64,000 nucleotides of DNA from Candidatus Magasanikbacteria bacterium RIFCSPHIGHO2_02_FULL_48_18 (GCA_001784285.1 MFQC01000001.1:29780-93779); one strand, 5' to 3'; positions 17,943-27,677 are shown, counted from the first letter of the stretch. Notes: a model not told the origin generated them from the letters alone. Translations and numbers: made by a program.

Positions 17943-19025
17943 ATGAAAAAGGAGGTATTGCTCTCGTATTTTCCCAAAATGACGGTCTCGCGATACCGCC
18001 GCATTATGGTTGCCTTTTCCACGCTCGACCATTTGTGGGACAGCTCGACAAAGGAGATGCGCGCCCGACTTCCGTTTGAAGAACAAATAAAAGAAGAATT
18101 TATTGCTTGGAAGAATGAACTCCAAGAAGAAACCATAGAGTCAGCGCTTAAAGAAAGCCAAATAGACTGTGTTACCATTGATGATCCCTCCTACCCCGCT
18201 CTCTTGCGGCAAATTTATGACCCGCCGCTTTGTCTGTTTGTGCGCGGCATGTTGGACACATTCTCTCGTCCGATTGCAGTGGTCGGGAGCAGACAGCATT
18301 CACCATACGGAAAAAAAATCGCAGAAGATTTTGTGTCTGTTTTGGTTCAACACCACTGTACCATTGTCAGTGGTCTTGCGCGCGGCATTGACGGGATAGC
18401 GCATGAAGCGGCGCTCCATGAACATGGAAAAACGACTGCCGTCCTCGGGTCCGGTATTGACCCAGAGCACATCTACCCATCACAACACTGCGCCCTCGCC
18501 GACCGCATTATTGATTCTGGCGGTGTCGTCCTTTCAGAATACCCGCCGGGAACCGAGCCTACTCGCTACTCATTTCCCAAACGAAATCGCATTATTTCAG
18601 GACTCTCGCTCGGCGTCGTTGTCATTGAAGCCGGAAAAAATTCCGGCGCACTCGTCACCGCCCAGTCAGCGCTTGAACAAAACCGTGAAGTATTTGCCAT
18701 CCCTCAAAATATTACCTCCCCCACCAGTGCGGGAACCAACACGCTTATCCAAATGGGAGCGCACGCCGTTATTGCCCCGCAAAACATCCTTGAGGCATTT
18801 TCATTTGACATAATGGCGAGAGAACCACAGGCCAAAGAGAAACCCGCGCCAGAATCCCCGCTTGAAGGCATATTACTTCAATATATTTCCGACGCGCCTA
18901 TTCACATTGACGAGCTTATCCGACAATCCGGAGCGGAAAGCAAGACCGTTATGAGCCTTCTTGCCCTCATGGAAATGCAACAAAAAATTCGCGACGTGGG
19001 AGGGATGATGTACACATTGTATTGA
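17943..19025 (+). CDS. dprA: DNA processing protein DprA (Smf)
   Basis: Rossmann-like core VVGSRQHSPYGKKIA...SGLARGIDGIAHEAAL...AVLGSGID...ALADRII. Confidence 0.85.
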   Translation: MKKEVLLSYFPKMTVSRYRRIMVAFSTLDHLWDSSTKEMRARLPFEEQIKEEFIAWKNELQEETIESALKESQIDCVTIDDPSYPALLRQIYDPPLCLFVRGMLDTFSRPIAVVGSRQHSPYGKKIAEDFVSVLVQHHCTIVSGLARGIDGIAHEAALHEHGKTTAVLGSGIDPEHIYPSQHCALADRIIDSGGVVLSEYPPGTEPTRYSFPKRNRIISGLSLGVVVIEAGKNSGALVTAQSALEQNREVFAIPQNITSPTSAGTNTLIQMGAHAVIAPQNILEAFSFDIMAREPQAKEKPAPESPLEGILLQYISDAPIHIDELIRQSGAESKTVMSLLALMEMQQKIRDVGGMMYTLY

Positions 19026-19036
19026 AAAAAAGAAAA

Positions 19037-19065
19037 TTGACGGCGTCAAAACCCCATGGTATTCT
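19037..19065 (+). promoter_or_regulatory. sigma-70-type promoter (TTGACG -17- TGgTATTCT); the -35 sits inside the palindrome TTGACGgCGTCAA
   Basis: TTGACG at 19037-19042, a 17-nt spacer, extended -10 TGGTATTCT ending at 19065. The downstream gene starts at 19099. Confidence 0.4.
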
Positions 19066-19098
19066 TTAAAAGATAATTTTTACTTTTTCTCTATCTCT

Positions 19099-19764
19099 AT
19101 GAAGGAAAAACAAAAAAAAATATTCTACACCGGTTTTATCGCGATTGGACTCTTTACCATGCAAATACCATTCAGCCAATTGCTCGGCGTGCAGAATCTG
19201 CGTTTTAGTCTCTTTGATTTTTATGGACCCATTGCCGGCGCATTCATAGGGTCCGGGGCAGGTCTTCTCACTGTGCTTGGCATTCAAGCAGTAAATTGGG
19301 CGATACACGGGTTCGCGCTTGATCTTGGAACATTGCTACGTTTCTTGCCGGTTTTATTTGGGGTCTTATACTTTGCCAAATCAAGCAAATGGATCCTCGC
19401 AGTTCCGATTATCGCCATGATAGGATTTTGGTTGCACCCCGAAGGCCGCACGGCCTGGTACTTTGCGCTGTACTGGACTATTCCGCTTTTCATGCATTTT
19501 TTGCGCGACAAATACGTCTTTGCGCGGGCGATCGGCGCCACGTTTACCCAGCACAGCGTGGGCGGACTGTTGTGGATATATGCGTTTAACATGAAAGCAG
19601 TCGTCTGGGTTGGACTTGTGCCGATTGTGTGGAAAGAACGGCTTGTTATGGCCGGAGGGATTACACTCACATATATTGCGTTCAACTACCTCTTCAGCCT
19701 CATTTCGGAAAAGACGAAATTCAAAATTCCTTTTGTCCAAATACATGAACGGTTCCGCGCCTGA
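19099..19764 (+). CDS. polytopic membrane protein, possibly an ECF-transporter S-component-like vitamin/folate uptake protein
   Basis: About six hydrophobic helices and a Gly-rich motif FYGPIAGAFIGSGAGLL. It sits directly upstream of a FolC-like gene. The functional assignment is an inference. Confidence 0.35.
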   Translation: MKEKQKKIFYTGFIAIGLFTMQIPFSQLLGVQNLRFSLFDFYGPIAGAFIGSGAGLLTVLGIQAVNWAIHGFALDLGTLLRFLPVLFGVLYFAKSSKWILAVPIIAMIGFWLHPEGRTAWYFALYWTIPLFMHFLRDKYVFARAIGATFTQHSVGGLLWIYAFNMKAVVWVGLVPIVWKERLVMAGGITLTYIAFNYLFSLISEKTKFKIPFVQIHERFRA

Positions 19765-19770
19765 TCTCCT

Positions 19771-21087
19771 ATGACTGCGAATGAAGCCGAACAATTTCTC
19801 TTTTCTCTTTTTAATCTTCCGAGAAAAGAATATATGGCTTCTCCAAAAAAGAGCGCAATCTATCTTCAGCGCCTGCAATTTTTTTTGGATATTCTTGAAA
19901 ACCCGGAAAAACGCATCCCGCATTACATCCATGTGACCGGCACGAGCGGAAAAGGATCTGTGGTGAATTTTATTCACAGCATTTTTTTTGCCGCTGGAAA
20001 GCGCGTCGGATCCACGACGTCCCCTCATCCAACCATATTGCGAGAACGATGGCGTGTTGGCAAGACAATGATGAGTGAAAGTGATTTTGTAAACATTGTG
20101 GCTCGCATAAAAATGGCGCTCGACACCTACATACGGACATCACCGTATGATATAATTTCCTATTTTGAACTCACAACCGCGATCGCGCTTTTGTATTTTG
20201 CGCAAAAAAAAGTCTCATATGCAGTTGTGGAAGTCGGTTGCGGCGGACGCTTCGACGGCACAAACATTATTCCCCATAAAGATATCGCCATTATAACGAA
20301 CATCGGGACTGATCATGCCGATATCATTGGGCCAACAAAAAAAGATATCGCCCGTGAAAAAGCCGGTATTATCTCAAAAAAATGTACCGTTTTTTCGTCT
20401 ATCAAAGAATCTTGGTTAGAAGAGATAGTCAAAAAAGAAGTAACAAAAAAAAATGCAACGTACCGGCATGTGAACATACCCAGCAAGGCTATCACCATGA
20501 ATACAACGGGAACGTCATTCCCGTTTGGAGGCGAGCGCTACCATCTTTCGGTTATCGGCAAACACCAAGCGACAAACGCGGCGCTTGCCATAACCGCAGC
20601 ACTTGAGCTCGGTATTCAAAAAAAGGCCATCCATCGGGGTCTCGCGCAGACCAACCATTCATGTGCGCTTGAACGATTCAATACGAAATCGGGACTCGTT
20701 CTTCTTGATAGCGCGCACAATGAACAAAAGATGAAAACAACGGTGGACGCTCTCCGAGAATGGTATCCAGATCATCCGATTGCGCTTTTGGTTGGATTTT
20801 CCGAAAACAAGCCGGTACGAAAAATGGTGCGCCAGCTCCGCGAGCTCAATCTCGACTCAGTCGCGTGTACGCGCAATTCGGTGAACCCATTCCGAAAAGT
20901 AGCGCCGCCGCAAGACATTGCCGCCCTCTTTTGTGGCGCCGTGCCGGCAAAAAAAATTACCTCACACCTTGATCCCAGAGACGCGCTCACCGCGCTGAAT
21001 ACATTCAAAGAAAAAAAAACCATTCTCCTTATTACAGGGTCCCTCTTTCTGGCCGGCCAACTTCGGCCGATCATAAAAAACATCTGA
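19771..21087 (+). CDS. folC: Mur-ligase-family folylpolyglutamate synthase / dihydrofolate synthase (FolC-like)
   Basis: P-loop HVTGTSGKGSV (Mur ligase GTNGKGS type), central domain DSAHN, and a C-terminal domain. Length 438 aa. Confidence 0.7.
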   Translation: MTANEAEQFLFSLFNLPRKEYMASPKKSAIYLQRLQFFLDILENPEKRIPHYIHVTGTSGKGSVVNFIHSIFFAAGKRVGSTTSPHPTILRERWRVGKTMMSESDFVNIVARIKMALDTYIRTSPYDIISYFELTTAIALLYFAQKKVSYAVVEVGCGGRFDGTNIIPHKDIAIITNIGTDHADIIGPTKKDIAREKAGIISKKCTVFSSIKESWLEEIVKKEVTKKNATYRHVNIPSKAITMNTTGTSFPFGGERYHLSVIGKHQATNAALAITAALELGIQKKAIHRGLAQTNHSCALERFNTKSGLVLLDSAHNEQKMKTTVDALREWYPDHPIALLVGFSENKPVRKMVRQLRELNLDSVACTRNSVNPFRKVAPPQDIAALFCGAVPAKKITSHLDPRDALTALNTFKEKKTILLITGSLFLAGQLRPIIKNI

Positions 21088-21139
21088 TACAAAGCAATGA
21101 GTTGACAGTGAGCTCATTCTCCTCTATGCTGTCCTTCAT

Positions 21140-23449
21140 ATGAAAAAAACGCTCGTGATCGTTGAGAGCCCCACCAAAGCAAAGACCATTGCAAAATTTC
21201 TTGGCAATGACTTCAGTGTCGAGTCCTCGTTTGGACACGTGAGAGACCTCCCGAAAAGCAAAATGGGGGTTGATATCGACGGCGGCACGTTTGAACCGCA
21301 GTACGCCATTTCGCGAGAGAAAACCGCGCAGGTAAAAAAACTGAAAGACCTCGCCAAACAAGCAACGACCATCATCTTCGCCACAGATGAAGATCGAGAA
21401 GGCGAAGCCATTGCGTGGCATCTCACCCATATTCTCGGCATTGATCCAAAAAAGGCAGAACGCATGGTTTTTCATGAAATTACCAAAACCGCAATTGACG
21501 AAGCGCTCAAACATCCGCGGCATATCGATCAGCGACTGGTTGACGCCCAACAAGCGCGACGGGTGCTCGATCGGCTGGTTGGGTATGAATTATCTCCCCT
21601 CTTATGGAAAAAAGTTGCGCGAGGACTTTCTGCCGGCCGCGTCCAATCGGTTGCGGTGCGTCTCATTGTGGAACGCGAACGAGAAATCAAGGCATTTATC
21701 CCAAAAGAATTTTGGACCATCCACGGACTCTTTCAGAATGCGCGCGCATCGCTCCCCCAGCCGCTCAAATCGGTCCTTCATAGTCTTGACGAAAAAAAAA
21801 TACAAAAATTCGATTTTGGATCCAAAGAATCGGTTACCCCCATTGTCGATGATATTCAAAAAACACCATACGCGGTTGAAAAAATTGAAAAAAAAGAAAC
21901 CAAACGCACGCCGCCGCCGCCGTTTACCACCTCAACACTGCAACAAAGCGCCAATCAAAAACTTGGGTATTCGAGCAAGCAAACCATGGTTCTCGCCCAA
22001 CAACTTTACGAAGGCATCCCGCTTGGAAGTGAAGGTTCTGTTGGTCTCATTACCTACATGCGAACGGATTCGGTAAACCTTTCACAAAAATTTCTTCAAG
22101 AATGTACCGCGTTTTTAGAAAACCGTTACGGCCCGACATACGCATTGACCCAGCCCCGTGTATACAAGACAAAATCAAAAGGCGCCCAAGAAGCGCATGA
22201 AGCAATCCGGCCGACCGACCCAGCCCGCACACCCGAAGCCATCAAAAACTACCTTGACCCTCGCCAACTCAAACTGTACACCCTCATTTGGAAACGCGCC
22301 GTTGCGACACAAATGGCTGAAGCGCGTCTCAATAAAACCAATGTTCACATCTCCGGAAAAGGGATGCTCCACACGTACACATTCCGCGCAAACGGACAAT
22401 CCATGACGTTTGACGGATGGCTTGCGCTCTATCCGCAGGCGATAAAAGAAGAAATGCTTCCTGATGTAACAGAAAAAGAAGCGATGACACTTGAAACATT
22501 GAACAGCGAACAATCCTTTACCGAGCCGCCCGCGCGATATTCTGACGCAACCCTGGTCAAGGCGCTCGAAGAACAAGGCATTGGACGACCATCAACCTAC
22601 GCCCCGACCATCGCAACGATTGAAGCGAGAAACTATGTCGAAAGGGACGATGACAAACGTCTTTCGCCAACCGACATCGCGCTCGTCGTGAATGATTTAT
22701 TGGTTGAACACTTTAGTGATATTGTTGATTATGGGTTTACCGCGCAAATGGAAGAAAACTTGGATGACATCGCGGAAGGGAAAAAAGATTGGCAGCCAAT
22801 TATTGCGACATTTTATCATCCATTCCACAAAAATATTGAAGAAAAAACCGACCAACTCTCCAAAGAAAATGTAGTTGGCGCAAAAGACCTCGGCGTTGAT
22901 CCGGAATCCGGAAAAAAAATTTCCGTTCGCGTAGGCCGGTACGGGCCGTTTGTGCAAAAAGGCACAAAAGATGATGATAAAAAACCAACGTTCGCGTCTC
23001 TTCCAAAAAACGTTCGTATTGACGACGTGACGCTTTCACAAGCGCTCACGTGGTTGCGGTTGCCACGGGTGCTCGGAACCGACAATGAGGGGCATGCCAT
23101 TATTGCGAATGTGGGCCGCTTTGGCCCCTATGTGCAGGTAGAAAAAAAATATTATAGTTTGAAAGATGACGACCCATATACGATTGACCTTGTCCGCGCA
23201 AATGAAATCATCGCAGAAAAAAAAGAAGCCGAAGCAAAAGCCATCATCAAGACGTTTAACGACACCAATATTGTGGTAAGGCAAGGGCGCTATGGGCCAT
23301 ATATTACGGATGGCGCGACGAACGCAAAAATTCCAAAGACAACCGACCCCTCATCGCTTGATGAAGCGTCCTGCCGAGAGCTTCTTGAAGAAGCGGCAAA
23401 AAAACCGAAAGGAAGAGGCCGCGCTCGAACAAAAAAAACCGCAAAATAA
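21140..23449 (+). CDS. topA: DNA topoisomerase I
   Basis: Toprim start LVIVESPTKAKTIAKFLG. Catalytic region GLITYMRTDS. C-terminal repeats GRYGPFVQ / GRFGPYVQ / GRYGPYIT and a Lys-rich tail. Confidence 0.9.
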   Translation: MKKTLVIVESPTKAKTIAKFLGNDFSVESSFGHVRDLPKSKMGVDIDGGTFEPQYAISREKTAQVKKLKDLAKQATTIIFATDEDREGEAIAWHLTHILGIDPKKAERMVFHEITKTAIDEALKHPRHIDQRLVDAQQARRVLDRLVGYELSPLLWKKVARGLSAGRVQSVAVRLIVEREREIKAFIPKEFWTIHGLFQNARASLPQPLKSVLHSLDEKKIQKFDFGSKESVTPIVDDIQKTPYAVEKIEKKETKRTPPPPFTTSTLQQSANQKLGYSSKQTMVLAQQLYEGIPLGSEGSVGLITYMRTDSVNLSQKFLQECTAFLENRYGPTYALTQPRVYKTKSKGAQEAHEAIRPTDPARTPEAIKNYLDPRQLKLYTLIWKRAVATQMAEARLNKTNVHISGKGMLHTYTFRANGQSMTFDGWLALYPQAIKEEMLPDVTEKEAMTLETLNSEQSFTEPPARYSDATLVKALEEQGIGRPSTYAPTIATIEARNYVERDDDKRLSPTDIALVVNDLLVEHFSDIVDYGFTAQMEENLDDIAEGKKDWQPIIATFYHPFHKNIEEKTDQLSKENVVGAKDLGVDPESGKKISVRVGRYGPFVQKGTKDDDKKPTFASLPKNVRIDDVTLSQALTWLRLPRVLGTDNEGHAIIANVGRFGPYVQVEKKYYSLKDDDPYTIDLVRANEIIAEKKEAEAKAIIKTFNDTNIVVRQGRYGPYITDGATNAKIPKTTDPSSLDEASCRELLEEAAKKPKGRGRARTKKTAK

Positions 23450-23453
23450 AACA

Positions 23454-23482
23454 ATCCCGCCATGTGGCGGGGTTGTTTGTGT
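23454..23482 (+). terminator. rho-independent terminator of topA
   Basis: Hairpin ATCCCGCC-ATGT-GGCGGGGT followed by TTGTTTGTGT, starting 5 nt after the TAA stop. Confidence 0.6.
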
Positions 23483-23660
23483 AGCGAGAAGGAATTCCCC
23501 AATGCCTAGGGTGATGTTAGGGCCCTTACCTCGCTACAAGCTACAGTATATCAAAAATTCTTATTTTGTACAGCAGTAATAAAGAGAAAACCCCGCCCTG
23601 GTAAAAGGATGGGGTTTTCTTTCGGCGTTTGGGTTTTTCCCTAACATCACTAAAAAAACT
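23483..23660 (+). other. candidate small structured RNA between two terminator-like hairpins
   Basis: GTAGCGAG (23481-23488) pairs with CTCGCTAC (23530-23537). GGGTGATGTTAGGG (about 23509) pairs at long range with CCCTAACATCAC (about 23640). A second hairpin AAAACCCC...GGGGTTTT (23587-23618) is followed by a T-run. No ORF is present. Confidence 0.25.
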
Positions 23661-23806
23661 ATAACATAAAACATTCCTTTTGTCAAGAGGGCAAAAAATA
23701 AAAAAAATTGCTCTATAAAGCAAAAAAAAAATTAAAAAAAAGCCCTTGCAAAGGGAAAAAGGTCAGGATACACTATAATGAGACAAAAAGTCCGTTTTCT
23801 TCAAAT

Positions 23807-25300
23807 ATGAAAAAAATAGCACCACAAACAATTGATACTCTCCTGTCAATCATTCAGCACTACCATAAAGACCCAAATCGGCAAGCGGATCTGGATTTGG
23901 TACGCCGCGCATATGACTTTGCACATACCGCGCATAACGGTCAAACCCGGCGGAGCGGCGATCCGTATATTGTGCACCCCCTTGCCGCGGCCCATATTTT
24001 GGCAAACATGCATATTGATCCTGTTATTATCGCGGCAACGCTCCTTCATGATGTTCCGGAAGACACAGGGATCACCTTGGAAGAAATTGAACAACAATTT
24101 GGCGAAGAAATTACCTCTCTCGTCCGAGGGATCACCAAGCTCGGAAAACTCAAGTATCGAGGCGTTGAGCGGTATATTGAAAATCTCCGAAAAATGTTTG
24201 TCGCCATGGCCGAAGATGTCCGAGTCATGATTATCAAATTTGCCGACCGTATTCACAACCTCCAGACGCTCGACGCGCTTCCCCCTCAAAAACAATATCG
24301 GATTGCCCTTGAAAGTTTGGAAATTTACGCGCCGATCGCAAATCGACTCGGCATGGACAATATTAAAGGAACGCTGGAAAATCTCTCGTTTCGATATGTC
24401 TACCCCAAAGAATACGAACGCGTTAAAAAACTCCGGCAAGAAAAATTAAAAGGAAAAGAGCAATATCTCCAAGAAATGGTTAAACGAGCGGAAGAAGAAA
24501 TCAAAATGGCGGGCATCCGCATGGTGTCAATCCGTGGAAGAAACAAGCGGCTCTACAGCTTTTATCAAAAACTCATCCGAAAAGACAACCAAGTGGCAAA
24601 AATTTACGATCTTGTAGCGCTCCGCATTATTGTGCCGACCATTGCTGATTGCTACGCGACGCTCGGCATTCTGCACAATGTGTGGAAGCCGGTCAAGGGC
24701 CGCATCAAAGATTATATCTCCCAACCAAAACCAAATGGCTACCAATCGCTCCATACCAGCGTCTTCGCGGAAGACGGAGAAATCGTTGAATTCCAAATAC
24801 GCACCTCGGAAATGGAGGAAACCGCGGAGTATGGAACTGCGGCGCATTGGCGCTATGACGAAAGCGGCCACGGACGGGCGGCAAAACGAGAAATTCAGTG
24901 GGCAAAAGAACTTGCGGAAATCCAAAAAGACATTTTAGGAAAATTATCCGATCTTGAAGAAATAAAAATTGATTTTTTGCAAACTCGCATTTTTGTGTTT
25001 ACCCCGCGTGGAGATGTGATTGACCTCCCGGAAGGAGCAACGCCGGTTGACTTTGCGTATCACATTCATACGGACATCGGCAACAAATGCAGTGCCGCCA
25101 TTATCAATGACAAAATCGCCCGCCTTGATACCGAACTCAAAAATGGAGACGTCGTTGAAATCATCACGGAAAAAAACAGAAAAGGACCAAACCAAGACTG
25201 GCTCAAATTCGTCAAAACCCACACGGCCCGCTACCACATCAAAAGCCAACAAAAAAACAAACTCAGCGGATGGTTTAAGTCCGTTTTGCCAAAAAAATAA
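23807..25300 (+). CDS. rel: short bifunctional (p)ppGpp synthetase/hydrolase of the Rel/SpoT family (HD, synthetase and TGS domains; no C-terminal ACT/RRM regulatory region)
   Basis: HD domain HTAHNGQTRRSGDPYIVHPL...LLHDVPEDT. Synthetase domain YDLVALRIIV...GYQSLHTSV. TGS domain IFVFTPRGDVIDLPEGATPVDFAYHIH. The protein ends about 45 aa after the TGS domain. The start was placed at MKKIAPQT (23807); the ORF-track start at 23708 reads through an A-rich upstream region. A -10 TATAAT lies at 23774-23779. Confidence 0.8.
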   Translation: MKKIAPQTIDTLLSIIQHYHKDPNRQADLDLVRRAYDFAHTAHNGQTRRSGDPYIVHPLAAAHILANMHIDPVIIAATLLHDVPEDTGITLEEIEQQFGEEITSLVRGITKLGKLKYRGVERYIENLRKMFVAMAEDVRVMIIKFADRIHNLQTLDALPPQKQYRIALESLEIYAPIANRLGMDNIKGTLENLSFRYVYPKEYERVKKLRQEKLKGKEQYLQEMVKRAEEEIKMAGIRMVSIRGRNKRLYSFYQKLIRKDNQVAKIYDLVALRIIVPTIADCYATLGILHNVWKPVKGRIKDYISQPKPNGYQSLHTSVFAEDGEIVEFQIRTSEMEETAEYGTAAHWRYDESGHGRAAKREIQWAKELAEIQKDILGKLSDLEEIKIDFLQTRIFVFTPRGDVIDLPEGATPVDFAYHIHTDIGNKCSAAIINDKIARLDTELKNGDVVEIITEKNRKGPNQDWLKFVKTHTARYHIKSQQKNKLSGWFKSVLPKK

Positions 25301-25324
25301 GTTTCCAGAGCGAGTTCAGTTCAC

Positions 25325-26185
25325 TTACGATATGAGTTCTTCAATGAGACGCTTCAACTCTGGCCGCGAATAATATTCGATAGTAATGGTTCCCTGCTCC
25401 CCTTTTTGTGTAATGTGCACTCTCGTGCCAAAGCGATCCTCTATCAATTGCTCTTGCGCGATAATATTGGGATCGCGCCGCACCGATCCTTTGCGGGATG
25501 GAGCTCCTTTTTGCGCCACCGCTCGCTCCACATCACGAACGCTCATCGCTTCTCCCATCATGCTTTTGAAAACGGACCGTTGCTCTTTTTCGCTTTTGAG
25601 ACTCAATAAGGCACGCGCCTTCCCCATGGCCAGTTTTCCGTCAACCAACGCCTTTTGGATTTCATCCGGCAAATCCAAGAGACGGACGATATTTGCAACC
25701 GCAGACCGGCTTTTCCCCACTTGATCGGCTACCTCTTGTTGCGTCAACCCAAACTCATCCATGAGTCTTTGATACGCAAACGCTTCTTCAATAGGGTTCA
25801 AATTTTGTCGTTGGATATTCTCGATAAGAGCGAGCTCCAGCTTTTCTTTTTGCGTGGCCGTGCGAACAAGACACGGAATGGTCGAGAGCCCGGCAATCTG
25901 TGACGCGCGCAGGCGTCTTTCACCGGCAACCAATTCATACCCCCCATCGGCTTTTTCGGTGACGATAATGGGCTGTAAAACGCCGTGGGCGCGTATTGAC
26001 GCCGTCAAATCTTCCAATTCCTGATGAGAAAAAATTTTTCGCGGTTGTTCGGCATTGGGGACAATTTCAGAAAGAGGAATATGCCATATTCGATCGGCGT
26101 GTTGTTCTGTCGATGCCTGCTCTTTTTTCTTTTCTTTTATTTTTTGTTGAGGAATCAATGATTGCAGTCCTTTTCCTAATGCCAT
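25325..26185 (-). CDS. parB: chromosome partitioning protein ParB/Spo0J
   Basis: GLQSLIP start. ParB box EQPRKIFSHQELEDLTASIRAHGVLQPIIV and an HTH region. Confidence 0.85.
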   Translation of the reverse strand: MALGKGLQSLIPQQKIKEKKKEQASTEQHADRIWHIPLSEIVPNAEQPRKIFSHQELEDLTASIRAHGVLQPIIVTEKADGGYELVAGERRLRASQIAGLSTIPCLVRTATQKEKLELALIENIQRQNLNPIEEAFAYQRLMDEFGLTQQEVADQVGKSRSAVANIVRLLDLPDEIQKALVDGKLAMGKARALLSLKSEKEQRSVFKSMMGEAMSVRDVERAVAQKGAPSRKGSVRRDPNIIAQEQLIEDRFGTRVHITQKGEQGTITIEYYSRPELKRLIEELIS

Positions 26186-26217
26186 ACAACACAAAAAGAA
26201 ATAAATAACCTTGCATG

Positions 26218-26994
26218 CTAGATCGCATGATTTTCATGCCGTTCAATAACTTCTCTTGCCAATTTTTCGTACGCCCGCGCGCCCTTGCCTTTGGGATCAT
26301 AGTGCGCGATGGATTGGCCAAAGCTCGGCGCTTCCGCCAAACGAACGGTTCGCGGAATAACGGAACGGAAAATACCGTCCGGGAAATATTTGTACAATTC
26401 ATGCATAATTTCTTCGGAGAGCCGGGTACGTTTGTCAAACATGGTAATCACCGCGCCCAATATGGATAATTCCGGCTTGAGGTGCTCTCGCACGAGCTCA
26501 ATCGTGCGTACCAATTGTCCCAAGCCCTCAAGCGCGTAATATTCCGCCTGGACAGGAATAAGCACCTCATCCGACGCGACGAGGCTATTTATGGTAAGCA
26601 ACCCAAGAGACGGCGGACAGTCGACGATAATATAATCATACGCGTGCGTGACTTCGTCCAACAAATCATGCAACCGGTATTCCCGCCGGTCCATGGTCAC
26701 AAGTTCGATATTTGCCCCGGCCAAATTCATGGTTGCCGGTAACACACGAAGCCCGTCATGAGCGGTATTGTTGACCACGTCATGAATCCGTTTTTCTCCG
26801 GCCAAGGCCTCATACAGGCCATGCGACAAATCATCGCGGGAAATACCCAAACCGCTTGTGGCGTTGCCCTGCGGGTCCATGTCGACCAGCAATACAAACT
26901 TGCCCATATCGGCAAGATACGCCGCCAAATTCATGGCCGTAGTGGTCTTTCCCACCCCCCCTTTTTGGTTGACAATCGCAATGGTTCGATGCAT
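26218..26994 (-). CDS. parA: chromosome partitioning ATPase ParA/Soj
   Basis: Deviant Walker A KGGVGKTTTAMNLAA and DCPPSLG motifs. Confidence 0.9.
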   Translation of the reverse strand: MHRTIAIVNQKGGVGKTTTAMNLAAYLADMGKFVLLVDMDPQGNATSGLGISRDDLSHGLYEALAGEKRIHDVVNNTAHDGLRVLPATMNLAGANIELVTMDRREYRLHDLLDEVTHAYDYIIVDCPPSLGLLTINSLVASDEVLIPVQAEYYALEGLGQLVRTIELVREHLKPELSILGAVITMFDKRTRLSEEIMHELYKYFPDGIFRSVIPRTVRLAEAPSFGQSIAHYDPKGKGARAYEKLAREVIERHENHAI

Positions 26995-27027
26995 AGAGAA
27001 ACAGACTCTCTTTCAGTATACAGGAAA

Positions 27028-27056
27028 TTGACAAACCAAACAATGGACGGTATACT
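27028..27056 (+). promoter_or_regulatory. sigma-70-type promoter for tRNA-Leu (TTGACA -17- TATACT)
   Basis: TTGACA at 27028-27033, a 17-nt spacer, TATACT at 27051-27056. The tRNA 5' end is at 27075. Confidence 0.5.
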
Positions 27057-27074
27057 TTTTTTTGCTCGAGACAC

Positions 27075-27156
27075 GCCGATGTGATGAAATTGGTAAACAT
27101 GCACGACTCAAAATCGTGTGCCGCAAGGCTTGTGGGTTCGATTCCCACCATCGGCA
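27075..27156 (+). tRNA. tRNA-Leu (anticodon CAA), long variable arm, CCA not encoded
   Basis: Hand-folded: acceptor GCCGATG/CATCGGC, anticodon stem CACGA/TCGTG with loop CTCAAAA, a 13-nt variable arm TGCCGCAAGGCTT, T-arm GTGGG-TTCGATT-CCCAC. Confidence 0.7.
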
Positions 27157-27172
27157 CAAATGTTGAGAAACT

Positions 27173-27676
27173 TTATAACAGCCACCGCAATGCGCCGCCG
27201 GCAAAGAGCGTTATCGCGGTTACAATGGTCGCCGCCATGCATACCCCGGCCAAAATGAGCGGAAACGATTTCCGAAACGGGATATTAAAAATAAACGCCA
27301 CGAGCGACCCCGACCACGAACCTGTGAATGGAAGCGGAATCCCCACAAAAACCACAAGTGCCACTTCGCCGTATCGTTCATATTTTCCGGAAAACGCCTT
27401 TTCTGCGCTCTCCATTTTTTTGGTGAGGAGCTTCCCCAGAAATTTTCTCCGAATCATCCACGCGTGCAGTCGAGGAACTAAAAATAAAATAAATATTGCC
27501 GGAAGCATGTCTCCCAATACCGAAAGCACCCATACTTTCCATATAGGAAGCCCATACACTTCAATACCAACCGGTATGGACACGCGCAGTTCGGTAATGG
27601 GAATCATGGAAATAAAAAAAACCGCCCATTCCGGAGAAAGATTTGCAAATAGCGAAAGAGAAAACAAATCAAACAT
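27173..27676 (-). CDS. small polytopic membrane protein, putatively of the small multidrug-export (COG2426-like) family
   Basis: Start set at MFDLFSL (27676), directly after the stop of the upstream carboxypeptidase gene. The ORF-track start at 27841 would overlap that gene. Four hydrophobic helices. Confidence 0.35.
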   Translation of the reverse strand: MFDLFSLSLFANLSPEWAVFFISMIPITELRVSIPVGIEVYGLPIWKVWVLSVLGDMLPAIFILFLVPRLHAWMIRRKFLGKLLTKKMESAEKAFSGKYERYGEVALVVFVGIPLPFTGSWSGSLVAFIFNIPFRKSFPLILAGVCMAATIVTAITLFAGGALRWLL

Positions 27677-27677
27677 A

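Noticed and set aside
19381-20028. 215-aa minus-strand ORF spanning the membrane-protein/folC junction
   Set aside because: It is antisense to two well-supported plus-strand genes and has no recognisable motif.
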